DNA from: Candidatus Peribacter sp.
Lineage (GTDB): Bacteria; Patescibacteriota; Gracilibacteria; Peribacterales; Peribacteraceae
DNA: 64,000 bases
Direction of reading: 5' to 3'
Assembly (NCBI GenBank): GCA_018652955.1
Contig: JABIBA010000013.1
Location: 55,880 to 119,879, forward strand
The number at the start of each line of letters is the position of its first letter. Position 1 is the first letter of the stretch. Positions 30,971-40,264 of the stretch are shown piece by piece. The notes below the pieces were generated by a model. The model worked only from the letters and a program-made list of their open reading frames with translations, searched no databases and was not told the DNA's origin. Both the position numbers and the translations under genes were made by a program.

Positions 30971-31708
30971 ATGTCGCTAAAAACCGCGAGCATCTCCGTT
31001 GTTATGCCTTCTTATAATGAGAGGGGTAATATTCCTGAAGCAGTTGAGAGAATTGTAGAGACTTTGGGTGATAGTCTTTTTGAAATACTTATTGTTGATG
31101 ACAACAGTCCAGATAAAACATGGGAGCTTGTAGAGGAGATGCACAAAGAAGATCCGCGGGTTAAAGTAATACGTCGCATAGAAAAGAGAGGACTGGCTTC
31201 GGCACTTGCTGATGGAACGAATGCAGCAGAGGGTGAGATTATTGTGTGGCTTGATTGTGATCTTGGTATTCCACCAGAAGACATCACAAAGTTGGTCGCA
31301 AAGATTCCAGAATACGACATCGCTATCGGATCGAGGTATCTCCCTGGAGGTATGGATACGAGGCATTGGTTTCGTGGTTGGTTGAGTACGGTTTTTAATG
31401 TTTACACACGAGCGATTCTTGGTCGTCACTTTTGGGATTGGACTTCTGGTTTTGCCGCAGCAAAGAAAGATGTGATGCGAAAGTGCCCTCTCACAGAAGA
31501 AGGGTTCGGTGAGTACTTTATTGAGTGGGTCTACATGTGTACGCTCAGAGATTTTAAGATGGTTGAGGTGCCATATCGCTATGGACTCCGTAAAGCTGGA
31601 GAATCCAAGACAGACAGTGATATCCGGGTATTTCTAAAGTTGGCAATTAACTATGCATGGCGAGTACTAGCCATTAGGATGAAACACGGTTCCCGAAAGA
31701 AATCATGA
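30971..31708 (+). CDS. Polyprenol-phosphate glycosyltransferase (DPM1-like GT2)
   Basis: VVMPSYNE, VDDNSPD, RGLASA, WLDCD, IGSRY, DWTSGF and R-AGESK. Start ATG 30971 has TACAAT 6 nt upstream. Confidence 0.9.
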   Translation: MSLKTASISVVMPSYNERGNIPEAVERIVETLGDSLFEILIVDDNSPDKTWELVEEMHKEDPRVKVIRRIEKRGLASALADGTNAAEGEIIVWLDCDLGIPPEDITKLVAKIPEYDIAIGSRYLPGGMDTRHWFRGWLSTVFNVYTRAILGRHFWDWTSGFAAAKKDVMRKCPLTEEGFGEYFIEWVYMCTLRDFKMVEVPYRYGLRKAGESKTDSDIRVFLKLAINYAWRVLAIRMKHGSRKKS

Positions 31709-32958
31709 GCTCTTTGCCCGCTATTCCAGAAACGACCTGTATTACAAAGTGCAGGGTATGCCAGTCCGATCAATTTACGGATTTGTATTCTGTAGGAGAT
31801 TTATACATCTCTAACTTTCCAGACAAGGCAGATGACGGAATCAAGGCACCTCTAGAAATGGTGATGTGTAACAAGTGTAAGTTGGTGCAATTACGTCACA
31901 GTGCTCCGCAAGAACTTCTCTACAGTCGGTTTTATTGGTATCGCTCTGGAGTGACAGACACGATGAAAAAAGCGCTGCGTAATATTACAGAAAGTATCGA
32001 ACAGCGTATGGACTTACAAGAAGGTGACGTGGTGCTTGATATTGGAAGTAACGACGGGACAATGCTGCGCACCTACGAAGCACCAGGCATCATTAAAGTT
32101 GGAGTAGAGCCTGCTTCTAATCTTGCAGAGGAAGGAGAAAAAGAGCTCGATCATTTTATTAATGATTTCTGGGAGTATGACAGCTACTTTGCAGAGGTAG
32201 GGAAGAAGGCAAAAGTCATAACAGCGATCGGAATGTTTTATGACATGGAAGACCCAGGAAAGTTTGTCGCAGATGCCGCAAAGGCACTAACAAATGACGG
32301 TATGTTTGTAACACAGTTGATGTGTCTTAAAAATCAACTTGATACCAATGACGTTGGAAACATTTGCCACGAGCACTTGGAGTTTTATTCATTACATTCA
32401 CTCGAGTACATGTTGAATGCCAACGGGTTCGAGATTATCGACTTAGAACACAACCTCGTAAACGGTGGAAGTTACCGTGTGTATTGTGGACTTAAAGGAG
32501 GCAATCCTCCTAAGGTCGAAGGGTCTGAAGAACGCATCGCAAAGTTTCGTAAAGAAGAAGAAGGAATAGACACCGAAGAAGTACACAAAGAATTTTTTGC
32601 TCGCATGGAAGAAAACAAAAGACAGTGTGTCGAATTTATTCGCGCAGAGGTCGCTAAGGGAAAGAAGGTGTGGGTGTATGGCGCTTCTACAAAAGGAAAC
32701 ACCATCTTGCAGTATTACGGACTGGACCACCGCGATATCGAAGCGGCATCTGAGCGCAGCCCAGAAAAGTGGGGAAAAGTAACAGTCGGAACAGGCATTC
32801 CAATTGTTTCTGAAGACGAAGCACGTAAAGCAAACCCAGACTACTTCTTAGTACTGCCGTATGCATTCTTTGATGAGTTTTATAAGCGCGAAGAGGAGTG
32901 GAGAAACGGAGGTGGAAAGTTCATAGTTCCTTTACCTGAATTCCGCGTTGTGTCATGA
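31705..32958 (+). CDS. NDP-sugar C-methyltransferase (NovU/TylC3-like)
   Basis: Zn-binding CRVC...CNKC-LVQL; VLDIGSNDG, ICHEHLEFYS and YGASTKGNTIL C-methyltransferase motifs. Confidence 0.88.
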   Translation: MSSLPAIPETTCITKCRVCQSDQFTDLYSVGDLYISNFPDKADDGIKAPLEMVMCNKCKLVQLRHSAPQELLYSRFYWYRSGVTDTMKKALRNITESIEQRMDLQEGDVVLDIGSNDGTMLRTYEAPGIIKVGVEPASNLAEEGEKELDHFINDFWEYDSYFAEVGKKAKVITAIGMFYDMEDPGKFVADAAKALTNDGMFVTQLMCLKNQLDTNDVGNICHEHLEFYSLHSLEYMLNANGFEIIDLEHNLVNGGSYRVYCGLKGGNPPKVEGSEERIAKFRKEEEGIDTEEVHKEFFARMEENKRQCVEFIRAEVAKGKKVWVYGASTKGNTILQYYGLDHRDIEAASERSPEKWGKVTVGTGIPIVSEDEARKANPDYFLVLPYAFFDEFYKREEEWRNGGGKFIVPLPEFRVVS

Positions 32959-33926
32959 GCAAGAAAGCCCTCATCCTCGGTATCGGTGGCCAAGATGGTT
33001 CGTATCTTGCAGAGCTTTTGCTTAGCAAGGGATACGAAGTACACGGTTTGATTCGCAGATCTGCCACAGGAAATACGAGTAATATCGATCACCTAGAAGA
33101 TGACATTACATTGCACAGAGGAGACTTGGCTGATGTGCCTTCACTCTATGCTGCGATAAGTGCGAGTAATCCAGATGAGATTTATAACGAAGCAGATCAA
33201 GACCATGCAGGATGGAGTTATAGCCTTGTCGACTATGCGTCAGACATAACAGGTGCTGCACCTGGTCGAATTTTGGAGATCATTAAGCAACTTAATCCGA
33301 AGATCAAATACTTCCAGCCACTGACGTCTAACATGTTTGGAATGAGCGAGAGTGAAACGCAAAACGAAACCACACCGCTAAACCCACAAAGCCCTTACGC
33401 TTGCGCAAAAGCGTATGCGTGGTCGCTGACAAAGTACTATCGTCAGGTGCATGGAATATTTGCTTCTACAGCGATCTTTTTTAACCACGAATCTCCACGT
33501 CGCACCGATAGTTACGTAACACGTAAGATCACAAAGTCAGCTGCAAGAATCAAATTAGGATTACAGGATCAACTCTTGCTTGGAGACTTAACCGCTAAGC
33601 TCGATTTTGGTTTTGCAGGGGAGTATATGGAAGCTGCACATAACATTATGCAGCTCGATAGCCCTGATGACTTTTGTATCGGGACAGGAGAAGCAGTATC
33701 TGTTCAGCAATTTTTGGATGAGACGTTTGCTCAGGCAGGGCTCGACCCAAAAAGTTGTGTAGGAACAGACGAACGGTTTATGCGACCAGGAAAAACAAGT
33801 ACGCTCATCGCAGATTACTCTAAGGCAAATAAGACATTCGGCTACGAGCCAAAGGTAAAGTATGCAGATCTTATCAAGATTATGTTGGAGCACGATCTAA
33901 AGGAGGAGGGAAAACTGATTGTATAA
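32955..33926 (+). CDS. GMD-like extended SDR with altered active site (probable GDP-4-keto-sugar reductase)
   Basis: [18 protein letters not shown] and FNHESPRR as in GMD, but YNEADQDHA and PLTSNMFG replace YNLAAQSHV and ASSSELYG. Confidence 0.75.
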   Translation: MSKKALILGIGGQDGSYLAELLLSKGYEVHGLIRRSATGNTSNIDHLEDDITLHRGDLADVPSLYAAISASNPDEIYNEADQDHAGWSYSLVDYASDITGAAPGRILEIIKQLNPKIKYFQPLTSNMFGMSESETQNETTPLNPQSPYACAKAYAWSLTKYYRQVHGIFASTAIFFNHESPRRTDSYVTRKITKSAARIKLGLQDQLLLGDLTAKLDFGFAGEYMEAAHNIMQLDSPDDFCIGTGEAVSVQQFLDETFAQAGLDPKSCVGTDERFMRPGKTSTLIADYSKANKTFGYEPKVKYADLIKIMLEHDLKEEGKLIV

Positions 33927-33950
33927 AAAAACCCGACCGAAGTGGTCGGG
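33924..33950 (-). terminator. Terminator of the HD-like gene
   Basis: CCCGACC-loop-GGTCGGG followed by a T-run on the minus strand. Confidence 0.7.
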
Positions 33951-33976
33951 GACGTTTTGATGAGCCGTTGCTCATT

Positions 33977-34651
33977 TTAGGAAAAGTGGTACGGATGGAC
34001 ACCTTCTTCTTCAAGCTGAGCAGTCAGATGTTCAAAGAATGTTTGGAACACTTCGGCGCGTCTTCTGCCGCGTGCCATTCCTTCTTTGGTGCGAATGCAG
34101 ACATCGCTGTCTGGGTTCACCCAGTCGAGTGAGTACGCGATGTCTCGCAGGACGGACTTCGGTTCGCGGTACGACGCCTCTGGATCGTCGAGCATGTTTC
34201 TGTAATCCACAGCGGGCAAGTTTGCGTAGTGTTGACCCGAGCGGATGAACAAGTCGACGTCCAAGTTGACCACACGGTCTGCGTCCTTCAGCGCGATGGC
34301 AACTTCCAATTCATCATCATCGTTCACATCGCTGTGCTTCGAGACAGCGTCTACGATGATGTTTGTCGAAGGATAGTCCAATGAAGCTCCAATCCATTCG
34401 CGCACTAGATCACTAGGGTCTTCGCTACCTGTTTTCTGGCAAATGCGGTCAGCGTTGTGGCACAGACCTGCAATACCTGCGAGGTTTGCATTGCGTACAC
34501 TGCCCCATTCTGCCATGACGATTTGCATCGCCTGTTCGCCGACCCTGAACGCATGGATCCAATCGTGGTGGCCAACGAGGCCAGCCTCTTCATGTGATTT
34601 GCGAACTCGGGCTGCAAGTTCTGAGTACAAATCCCAAATGCGATGAGTCAT
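33977..34651 (-). CDS. HD-superfamily-like hypothetical protein
   Basis: HDWIHAFRV, LCHNAD (HD-like) and LKDADRV; canonical SD GGAGGTG upstream. Confidence 0.65.
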   Translation of the reverse strand: MTHRIWDLYSELAARVRKSHEEAGLVGHHDWIHAFRVGEQAMQIVMAEWGSVRNANLAGIAGLCHNADRICQKTGSEDPSDLVREWIGASLDYPSTNIIVDAVSKHSDVNDDDELEVAIALKDADRVVNLDVDLFIRSGQHYANLPAVDYRNMLDDPEASYREPKSVLRDIAYSLDWVNPDSDVCIRTKEGMARGRRRAEVFQTFFEHLTAQLEEEGVHPYHFS

Positions 34652-34745
34652 AAAGCACCTCCAATTCCTTTTGTTAATGAGCGGCTTATCTTGACCAGAT
34701 TACGTATCTGATACTTATAAAATAATACAATATTTATACTTAATG

Positions 34746-36500
34746 TCAATTAACCTCGTAGACTATAAATCTACCATTCTTGTAAAGAATAGAGGCAGAT
34801 TTTGGTATTTGAATAGCTCTCTCGTCCTTCGTATCTGCCACAAGATATCGTACGTTGTACTTCTTAAGATATTCTTCGTAATTACTATCAATTTCAGCGC
34901 TTAGCTTCAGGGCATTTTGAATGTACGCATCTCCGCCAATCAGATCCATTGGGTCTACGGTAATCTTTTCATTTACGGATCCATCAAGCCCAAAGAGGAA
35001 TGTCTTTGCGACTCCTAGTGGAGTTGTATCTGGATAGGCACTGAGATACCTCAGTGAGTATGTAGGGTTAAGCCCTGCGTAATTCGATACTGACTCTCGT
35101 AAGAATGCTTCGTCGATATGGCCTGAGTAGGCGACGAGGAATCGCTCAAGCAACTCTTCGTCCGGTGCAACATGCAGAGCGGCTCTTGGTGTAAAGAGTA
35201 TGCCATTCGGTGAATAGAGAGGAATGTAAAAACTAAGCATTGGCCCTCCATGCAAGACGGCGTCATGAACACCTTCTTGTTCAAGGGCTGCAAACACATC
35301 TGCAAATCCACTGATATTTTCATGTGCTTCTACAACGCGCTCTTTGTAGGGCGAGAGTGTGTACGAGTAGGAGTTTTTTCTGATGAATGCTCGGTTCACT
35401 GTTGTAAAAATCATCGCTGCAACACACAGAATTATGACCATCTTCTCACACTGTGTTTTTCGCTTAGACAAGCTTTGTATGAGTATTGGGATTGCAACAA
35501 TATTTACCAACAGTGCTAGTCGCCATGGGTGCGTCACAAAATCCATAACCTTACCGGTAATCACATTGCTTGTAGCAGCTATCACCACTGCAGATGTGAG
35601 TAAAAGCAGGAGCGCTTCTTCGGATGAGAAGTGACGACGAAATCTTAGAAGCACTAGAGTGCCAATCAGTACAATGCTGTATTTATTATTATAAATAGTC
35701 AGAGGCAAAACAATGTGTGTATCTATCAAACCAGAGCGTGTATTGATTGCCGAGGCGACAGGATCGGTAAACAAAGAGATTGTTGTGAGGATTTGCGGAA
35801 TGCATGCAACGATAATTCCTACACCCATCATCATCAGAAGCTTGATTGTCTTGGTATCGCGACTAAAGAGAGCATATAAAAAGAAGAGTCCGATGGAGGT
35901 GAAGTTTTGCATCCACAAGTGCGGATACAAGTAGAAGGCAATGGCACTGATAATTCCTAGTGGCACGTATCTCTTAGCTTCATGTGGACTACGTAGCACC
36001 ATGAGTAGTGCAATCATAAATAATCCAAAGACGGGATAGATGGTTTGCATTATTCCTGGCCGAGAAATCAAGTTCGCAAGAGAGGCTATTCCCACGATGG
36101 TTATGAGCGCAGAGACTACGAGTCTTCCTTGTAATATTTTCCTATTCAGTACAAAGATAATGCCTCCAGTAATTGCTGCGTACAATACTGCGTTTATCGC
36201 ATAAACTACATGTATATCAAACCCAAGAAGCCCTGGAATAGACGCTAAATAGATGGGCAATAGAAGGCCGGGGAATGCGCTGTCTCTGTATTCAAGAAAG
36301 TAGGGGTTTCCGAGTGTAGCGTGCCCTGAGAGGACCTGTTGAATGTGTGTCAGGTAGTAGATCGTATCCGTTTCAAGTTGGGGAATAATTGCAGGAATCC
36401 AGCTGCCAAATGTTAGTTTATAAAAGAGAAACGGAACAAAGACAGCGAGGATAGAGCCCAGTATTACCACAGCCCATGAGTACTTCTCTTTTAGTTGCAT
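34746..36500 (-). CDS. Polytopic membrane protein, probable GT-C glycosyltransferase
   Basis: More than 10 TM segments, ETDTIYY acidic loop after TM1 and C-terminal LKKYNVRYLV; lies in a locus with GtrA and DPM-like GT2s. Confidence 0.6.
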   Translation of the reverse strand: MQLKEKYSWAVVILGSILAVFVPFLFYKLTFGSWIPAIIPQLETDTIYYLTHIQQVLSGHATLGNPYFLEYRDSAFPGLLLPIYLASIPGLLGFDIHVVYAINAVLYAAITGGIIFVLNRKILQGRLVVSALITIVGIASLANLISRPGIMQTIYPVFGLFMIALLMVLRSPHEAKRYVPLGIISAIAFYLYPHLWMQNFTSIGLFFLYALFSRDTKTIKLLMMMGVGIIVACIPQILTTISLFTDPVASAINTRSGLIDTHIVLPLTIYNNKYSIVLIGTLVLLRFRRHFSSEEALLLLLTSAVVIAATSNVITGKVMDFVTHPWRLALLVNIVAIPILIQSLSKRKTQCEKMVIILCVAAMIFTTVNRAFIRKNSYSYTLSPYKERVVEAHENISGFADVFAALEQEGVHDAVLHGGPMLSFYIPLYSPNGILFTPRAALHVAPDEELLERFLVAYSGHIDEAFLRESVSNYAGLNPTYSLRYLSAYPDTTPLGVAKTFLFGLDGSVNEKITVDPMDLIGGDAYIQNALKLSAEIDSNYEEYLKKYNVRYLVADTKDERAIQIPKSASILYKNGRFIVYEVN

Positions 36501-37579
36501 ACTGAACGCATGGTCTCACAGACGTATGCTATTTGCTCGTCTGTAATTGCAAGACCAGAAGGAAGATAGAAACCACGTGCAGATGCATCTTCGGTTACCG
36601 GGAAGCTGTCATCTGTCTGTACGGCAATTGCAGGCTGGCTGTGGCACGGGAGGAAGAACTCGCGTGTATCTACTCCTTTTTCTTTTAGGCGGGCACACAG
36701 CTCATCTCTACCACTTTCTACCATGACGGCATACATCCAGTAGACATGTGTTGCGTAGTCTTTCTCTTGCGGGAGGCGTAAACCTTCTATTCCACTCAAG
36801 CCTTCTTTGTAGAGCGCTGCCATCGAACGTTTTCGTTCGAGTAAGTCATCGATTGCTTCGAGTTGTCCAAGTCCTACTGCAGCTTGCAGGTTAGTAGGGC
36901 GATAGTTAAACCCAAGTTCTTCATGGCGAAACCTCTTGGTCGGTGAGTGTGCAAGATCTTTGAGCCACCGCGCACGCTTCGCAAGCGCATCATCATCTGT
37001 CGTGATCATTCCCCCTTCTCCTGTAGTGATAATTTTATTTCCGTAAAAACTAAAGGCGTTGATGGTTCCAATGGAGCCACATTTTTTTCCTTTGTACTCG
37101 GCTCCATGTACTTCGGCTGCATCTTCGATGATTGCGAGATTATGCTTGGCGGCAATTTCGAGAATTGGATCCATATCACACGGAAGTCCGTAGATGTGCA
37201 CGGGCATTATTGCTTTTGTGCGGTCTGTGATTTTCGCTTCAATTAGCGCTGCATCTATATTCAAAGTTTCTGGATCAATATCGACAAAGACCGGAGTAGC
37301 TCCTGTGTACATCACCGAGAACGGTGAGGCGATCATCGTAAAGTTTGGAATGATCACTTCGTCACCTGGTCCGATATTTAATGTGCGAGCTGCAGTGTGT
37401 AGTGCGGATGTTCCACTGTTTGTAAAGATGGCATGCTTTACTCCAATAAACTTTGCAAAAGCTTCTTCAAATTTTTCTACACATGGACCTGCAGAAGAAA
37501 TCCAACCGGTATCCATTGCGTCTGCTACATACAACTTTGCAGCATCGGTAATCAGTGGTTCGTTTACGGGGACCTTCAT
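36491..37579 (-). CDS. DegT/DnrJ aminotransferase (perosamine synthase-like)
   Basis: NSGTSALH, IIEDAAE and FSFYGNKIITTGEGG. Start ATG 37579 overlaps the upstream stop (ATGA). Confidence 0.92.
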   Translation of the reverse strand: MKVPVNEPLITDAAKLYVADAMDTGWISSAGPCVEKFEEAFAKFIGVKHAIFTNSGTSALHTAARTLNIGPGDEVIIPNFTMIASPFSVMYTGATPVFVDIDPETLNIDAALIEAKITDRTKAIMPVHIYGLPCDMDPILEIAAKHNLAIIEDAAEVHGAEYKGKKCGSIGTINAFSFYGNKIITTGEGGMITTDDDALAKRARWLKDLAHSPTKRFRHEELGFNYRPTNLQAAVGLGQLEAIDDLLERKRSMAALYKEGLSGIEGLRLPQEKDYATHVYWMYAVMVESGRDELCARLKEKGVDTREFFLPCHSQPAIAVQTDDSFPVTEDASARGFYLPSGLAITDEQIAYVCETMRSVCN

Positions 37580-37989
37580 GATGCATCGCGGAATGTTTTC
37601 TCTTTTTCTCGTCCTGGGTATGGACCCTGCTTTACTTCGAGAATGCGTGTTGGCTCTAACATGGTGAGCGCATGTCCGCCCTTTAGAATGACAATGCATT
37701 CGCTGCCATTCACGGTTACTTCTTCGATAACATTCCAATCGTCATCAAATATTTTCACTGCAACGCTACCACTTTGAATCCAGATAAATTCTCCAGGAGG
37801 GGAGAGTTCGACACTCAGTGGATTATGTCTGTGCGGTACTACTTCGTATCCTTCCTCTCTATCAAAAAGCCCTACCTGCAATGGGTCTTCATCTTTTGTA
37901 AAAAATTTCACACCGTTCTCTACTGGTGTATCAGCAGTAAAAACGTGTGCGTAAATCTCTCCGTTATGTTCGATAGTTTGTTGAGACAT
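37576..37989 (-). CDS. Cupin-fold protein (sugar-cluster associated)
   Basis: PHRHN...E...GGH...ILEVKQGPY. Confidence 0.75.
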   Translation of the reverse strand: MSQQTIEHNGEIYAHVFTADTPVENGVKFFTKDEDPLQVGLFDREEGYEVVPHRHNPLSVELSPPGEFIWIQSGSVAVKIFDDDWNVIEEVTVNGSECIVILKGGHALTMLEPTRILEVKQGPYPGREKEKTFRDAS

Positions 37990-38046
37990 GTAATAAGTAT
38001 AGAGGTGGCTAGGGGGCAGAGGCCAAATCTTGTAAGATAAATCTCA

Positions 38047-38430
38047 ATGAAGAGATTTCTCCCTCATCTCACACGCTTTGCGCTGTATATTTTCAGTGGC
38101 TGTAGTGCGGCTGTGGCCGATATCGGCAGTTATATGCTGATGATTAATATCAATGTCTGGTACATATACGCCTCTATTATCAGTGGAGTTATTGGCTTTA
38201 TAACCGCGTTTTTGCTGCATAAATACATTGTATTTCAGAAGAAAGAGGCGTTTATGCGACACCTTGGAAGGTACTTTGTGGTGGATATGATCAATCTGAG
38301 TATCGTGACTGGCCTCTTGTATGTTTTGGTAGATTTGTGGAGTATGGACCCAATGCCAGCTAAATTCGTTGCTCTTGCCCCTGTAGTTCTCTGGAATTTC
38401 TTTGTGTATAAGTTTGTCGTATATGTCTAA
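38047..38430 (+). CDS. GtrA family lipid-sugar flippase
   Basis: Four TM helices; F-LHKYIVF and WNFFVYKFVVY motifs. Confidence 0.85.
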   Translation: MKRFLPHLTRFALYIFSGCSAAVADIGSYMLMININVWYIYASIISGVIGFITAFLLHKYIVFQKKEAFMRHLGRYFVVDMINLSIVTGLLYVLVDLWSMDPMPAKFVALAPVVLWNFFVYKFVVYV

Positions 38431-38451
38431 ATACGGCTAATATTAGGCTTA

Positions 38452-39510
38452 ATGAGCAAGAAAGCCCTTATCACAGGAATAACAGGACAAGATGGTTCGT
38501 ATCTTGCCGAGTTGCTTATAGAGAAGGGGTATGAGGTACATGGGATAGTTCGTCGTAGCTCTACATTTAATCGTGGTCGTATCGATCATCTTTTCTCTGA
38601 TGAACAAGGTTCAGGAATTCACACAGAGCTTCATTACGGAGACCTTGGAGATGGGAACTCTCTCATTCGTATTCTTTCTGCGGTAAAGCCTGATGAGATT
38701 TATAACTTAGCTGCTCAAAGTCACGTTGCGATTAGTTTTGATATTCCAGAATACACTGGAGATGTAACGGGTATAGGAGCTGCACGACTTCTCGAAGCTG
38801 TTCGGAGTTTGGATCTTGATTCTAAAATTTACCAAGCAAGTTCTTCTGAGTTGTATGGACAAGTACGCGAAACTCCGCAGACAGAAGACACACCGTTCCA
38901 TCCACGCAGTCCGTATGGATGTGCAAAAGCGTACGCGTTTTACATGATGCAAAACTACAGAGAGAGTTACGGAATGTATGCCGTAAATGGAATCTTGTTT
39001 AACCATGAATCTCCACGCAGAGGAAAGAACTTCGTTACACGAAAAATTACCTACACACTTGCAGCTATCGTTGCTGGGAAACAAGAGAAGCTATACCTCG
39101 GTAATCTCGATGCAACGCGTGACTGGGGATACACAAAAGAATACGTCGAAGGAATGTGGCGCATGTTGCAGCAAGACACACCAGAAGATTACGTACTTGC
39201 TACTGGGAAGATGGCATCGGTACGAGATTTCTTAGAGCTCTGTCTTCGTCGCTGTGGTTACACATTTGCACGGCAGGGTGAAGGTATAAATGAAAAGTAC
39301 GTAGACGTCGATACTGGTAAGACTATTGTTGAAATTGATGAGAGATACTATCGCCCAGCAGAAGTAGATCTTTTGTGTGGAGATCCTTCTAAGGCTAAGG
39401 AAAAACTTGGCTGGGAAGCTACAGTGCACATGGAAGGATTGGCGGACATCATGTTGGAGTCTGACTTTGCAAAGATGGGTCTTACACTTCCGTCCACGGT
39501 CGCTGCTTAA
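38452..39510 (+). CDS. gmd: GDP-mannose 4,6-dehydratase
   Basis: [42 protein letters not shown] and [16 protein letters not shown] motifs. Confidence 0.96.
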   Translation: MSKKALITGITGQDGSYLAELLIEKGYEVHGIVRRSSTFNRGRIDHLFSDEQGSGIHTELHYGDLGDGNSLIRILSAVKPDEIYNLAAQSHVAISFDIPEYTGDVTGIGAARLLEAVRSLDLDSKIYQASSSELYGQVRETPQTEDTPFHPRSPYGCAKAYAFYMMQNYRESYGMYAVNGILFNHESPRRGKNFVTRKITYTLAAIVAGKQEKLYLGNLDATRDWGYTKEYVEGMWRMLQQDTPEDYVLATGKMASVRDFLELCLRRCGYTFARQGEGINEKYVDVDTGKTIVEIDERYYRPAEVDLLCGDPSKAKEKLGWEATVHMEGLADIMLESDFAKMGLTLPSTVAA

Positions 39511-40264
39511 GGTCTTTCGGGTGACCTCCTAGCTTTCCTTTAAACATTGCAGGTCTAAAGATATTTTCGGGTGCATTAAGTACAAAATGTTTTTGCGCTA
39601 TGTCTTCGCGGACAAAGAATGCGTTTACTCCTCTGCAATCCGTTGCGATGAGTGTATATCCTTTTTCTTTTCCAAGTTGAACCAGTGCGCTGAGACTTGC
39701 CCCGTAGTAGTCTGTCTTATCCCACGAAAAGTCTGCCTTATATGGAACAGTCACTGCTGGCTCATAGGGAATGCAGGCGTTGTATTCCATTATTACTACG
39801 CGCGGTGAGTATCCTTCTATTGCCTTCCAGACCCAGTAGTCGTTGCCATCAATATCAATACTGAGCAGATCAAACTCTGTCGGAACGTTATATTTTGCAA
39901 AAAGATTGTTGATGTTCTCTGCAGTAATAAACTCTTGTTTGATGCCGCTCTCTGGCGTGTTTTCTCTTCCATCCATAAGAAGTCCTGTCCAGCCTTTTCG
40001 TGTTAGCTGCTTTGTATTGCACTCTGTTCCGTCTTCAGTTCCAAATTCTACGTAGTATGCATCTGTAGTGCCGATCACTCCAAACAGTGCATGAATCATT
40101 CCGTCTTCCCAGTTCTGGGATGTGACTCTTCGTTCGAAAAGATTGAGATTGGAGATCTGTTTTCCAGTCAGACGATAGAGCCGAAGTGTGATGTGCCAGT
40201 GCAACATGCCAGCTAGCCACTTTGTCGTTTTTTGAACCCGACGCTGCATGCGGTAGGCAATCAT
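39482..40264 (-). CDS. FkbM-like methyltransferase-fold protein
   Basis: SQNWEDG, YVEFG and [18 protein letters not shown] 40264 overlaps the upstream stop. Confidence 0.7.
   Translation of the reverse strand: MIAYRMQRRVQKTTKWLAGMLHWHITLRLYRLTGKQISNLNLFERRVTSQNWEDGMIHALFGVIGTTDAYYVEFGTEDGTECNTKQLTRKGWTGLLMDGRENTPESGIKQEFITAENINNLFAKYNVPTEFDLLSIDIDGNDYWVWKAIEGYSPRVVIMEYNACIPYEPAVTVPYKADFSWDKTDYYGASLSALVQLGKEKGYTLIATDCRGVNAFFVREDIAQKHFVLNAPENIFRPAMFKGKLGGHPKDLKQRPWTEV

Noticed and set aside
37580..37738. N-terminal extension of the DegT ORF (and similar extensions at 7287, 20279, 40327, 43914)
   Set aside because: They overlap neighbouring genes or structured elements; internal ATGs have coupling overlaps or upstream motifs.
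32955..38540. Nucleotide similarity between the 5' ends of the two gmd-like genes as a recent duplication or recombination site
   Set aside because: Limited to the conserved Rossmann motif, with many synonymous differences.
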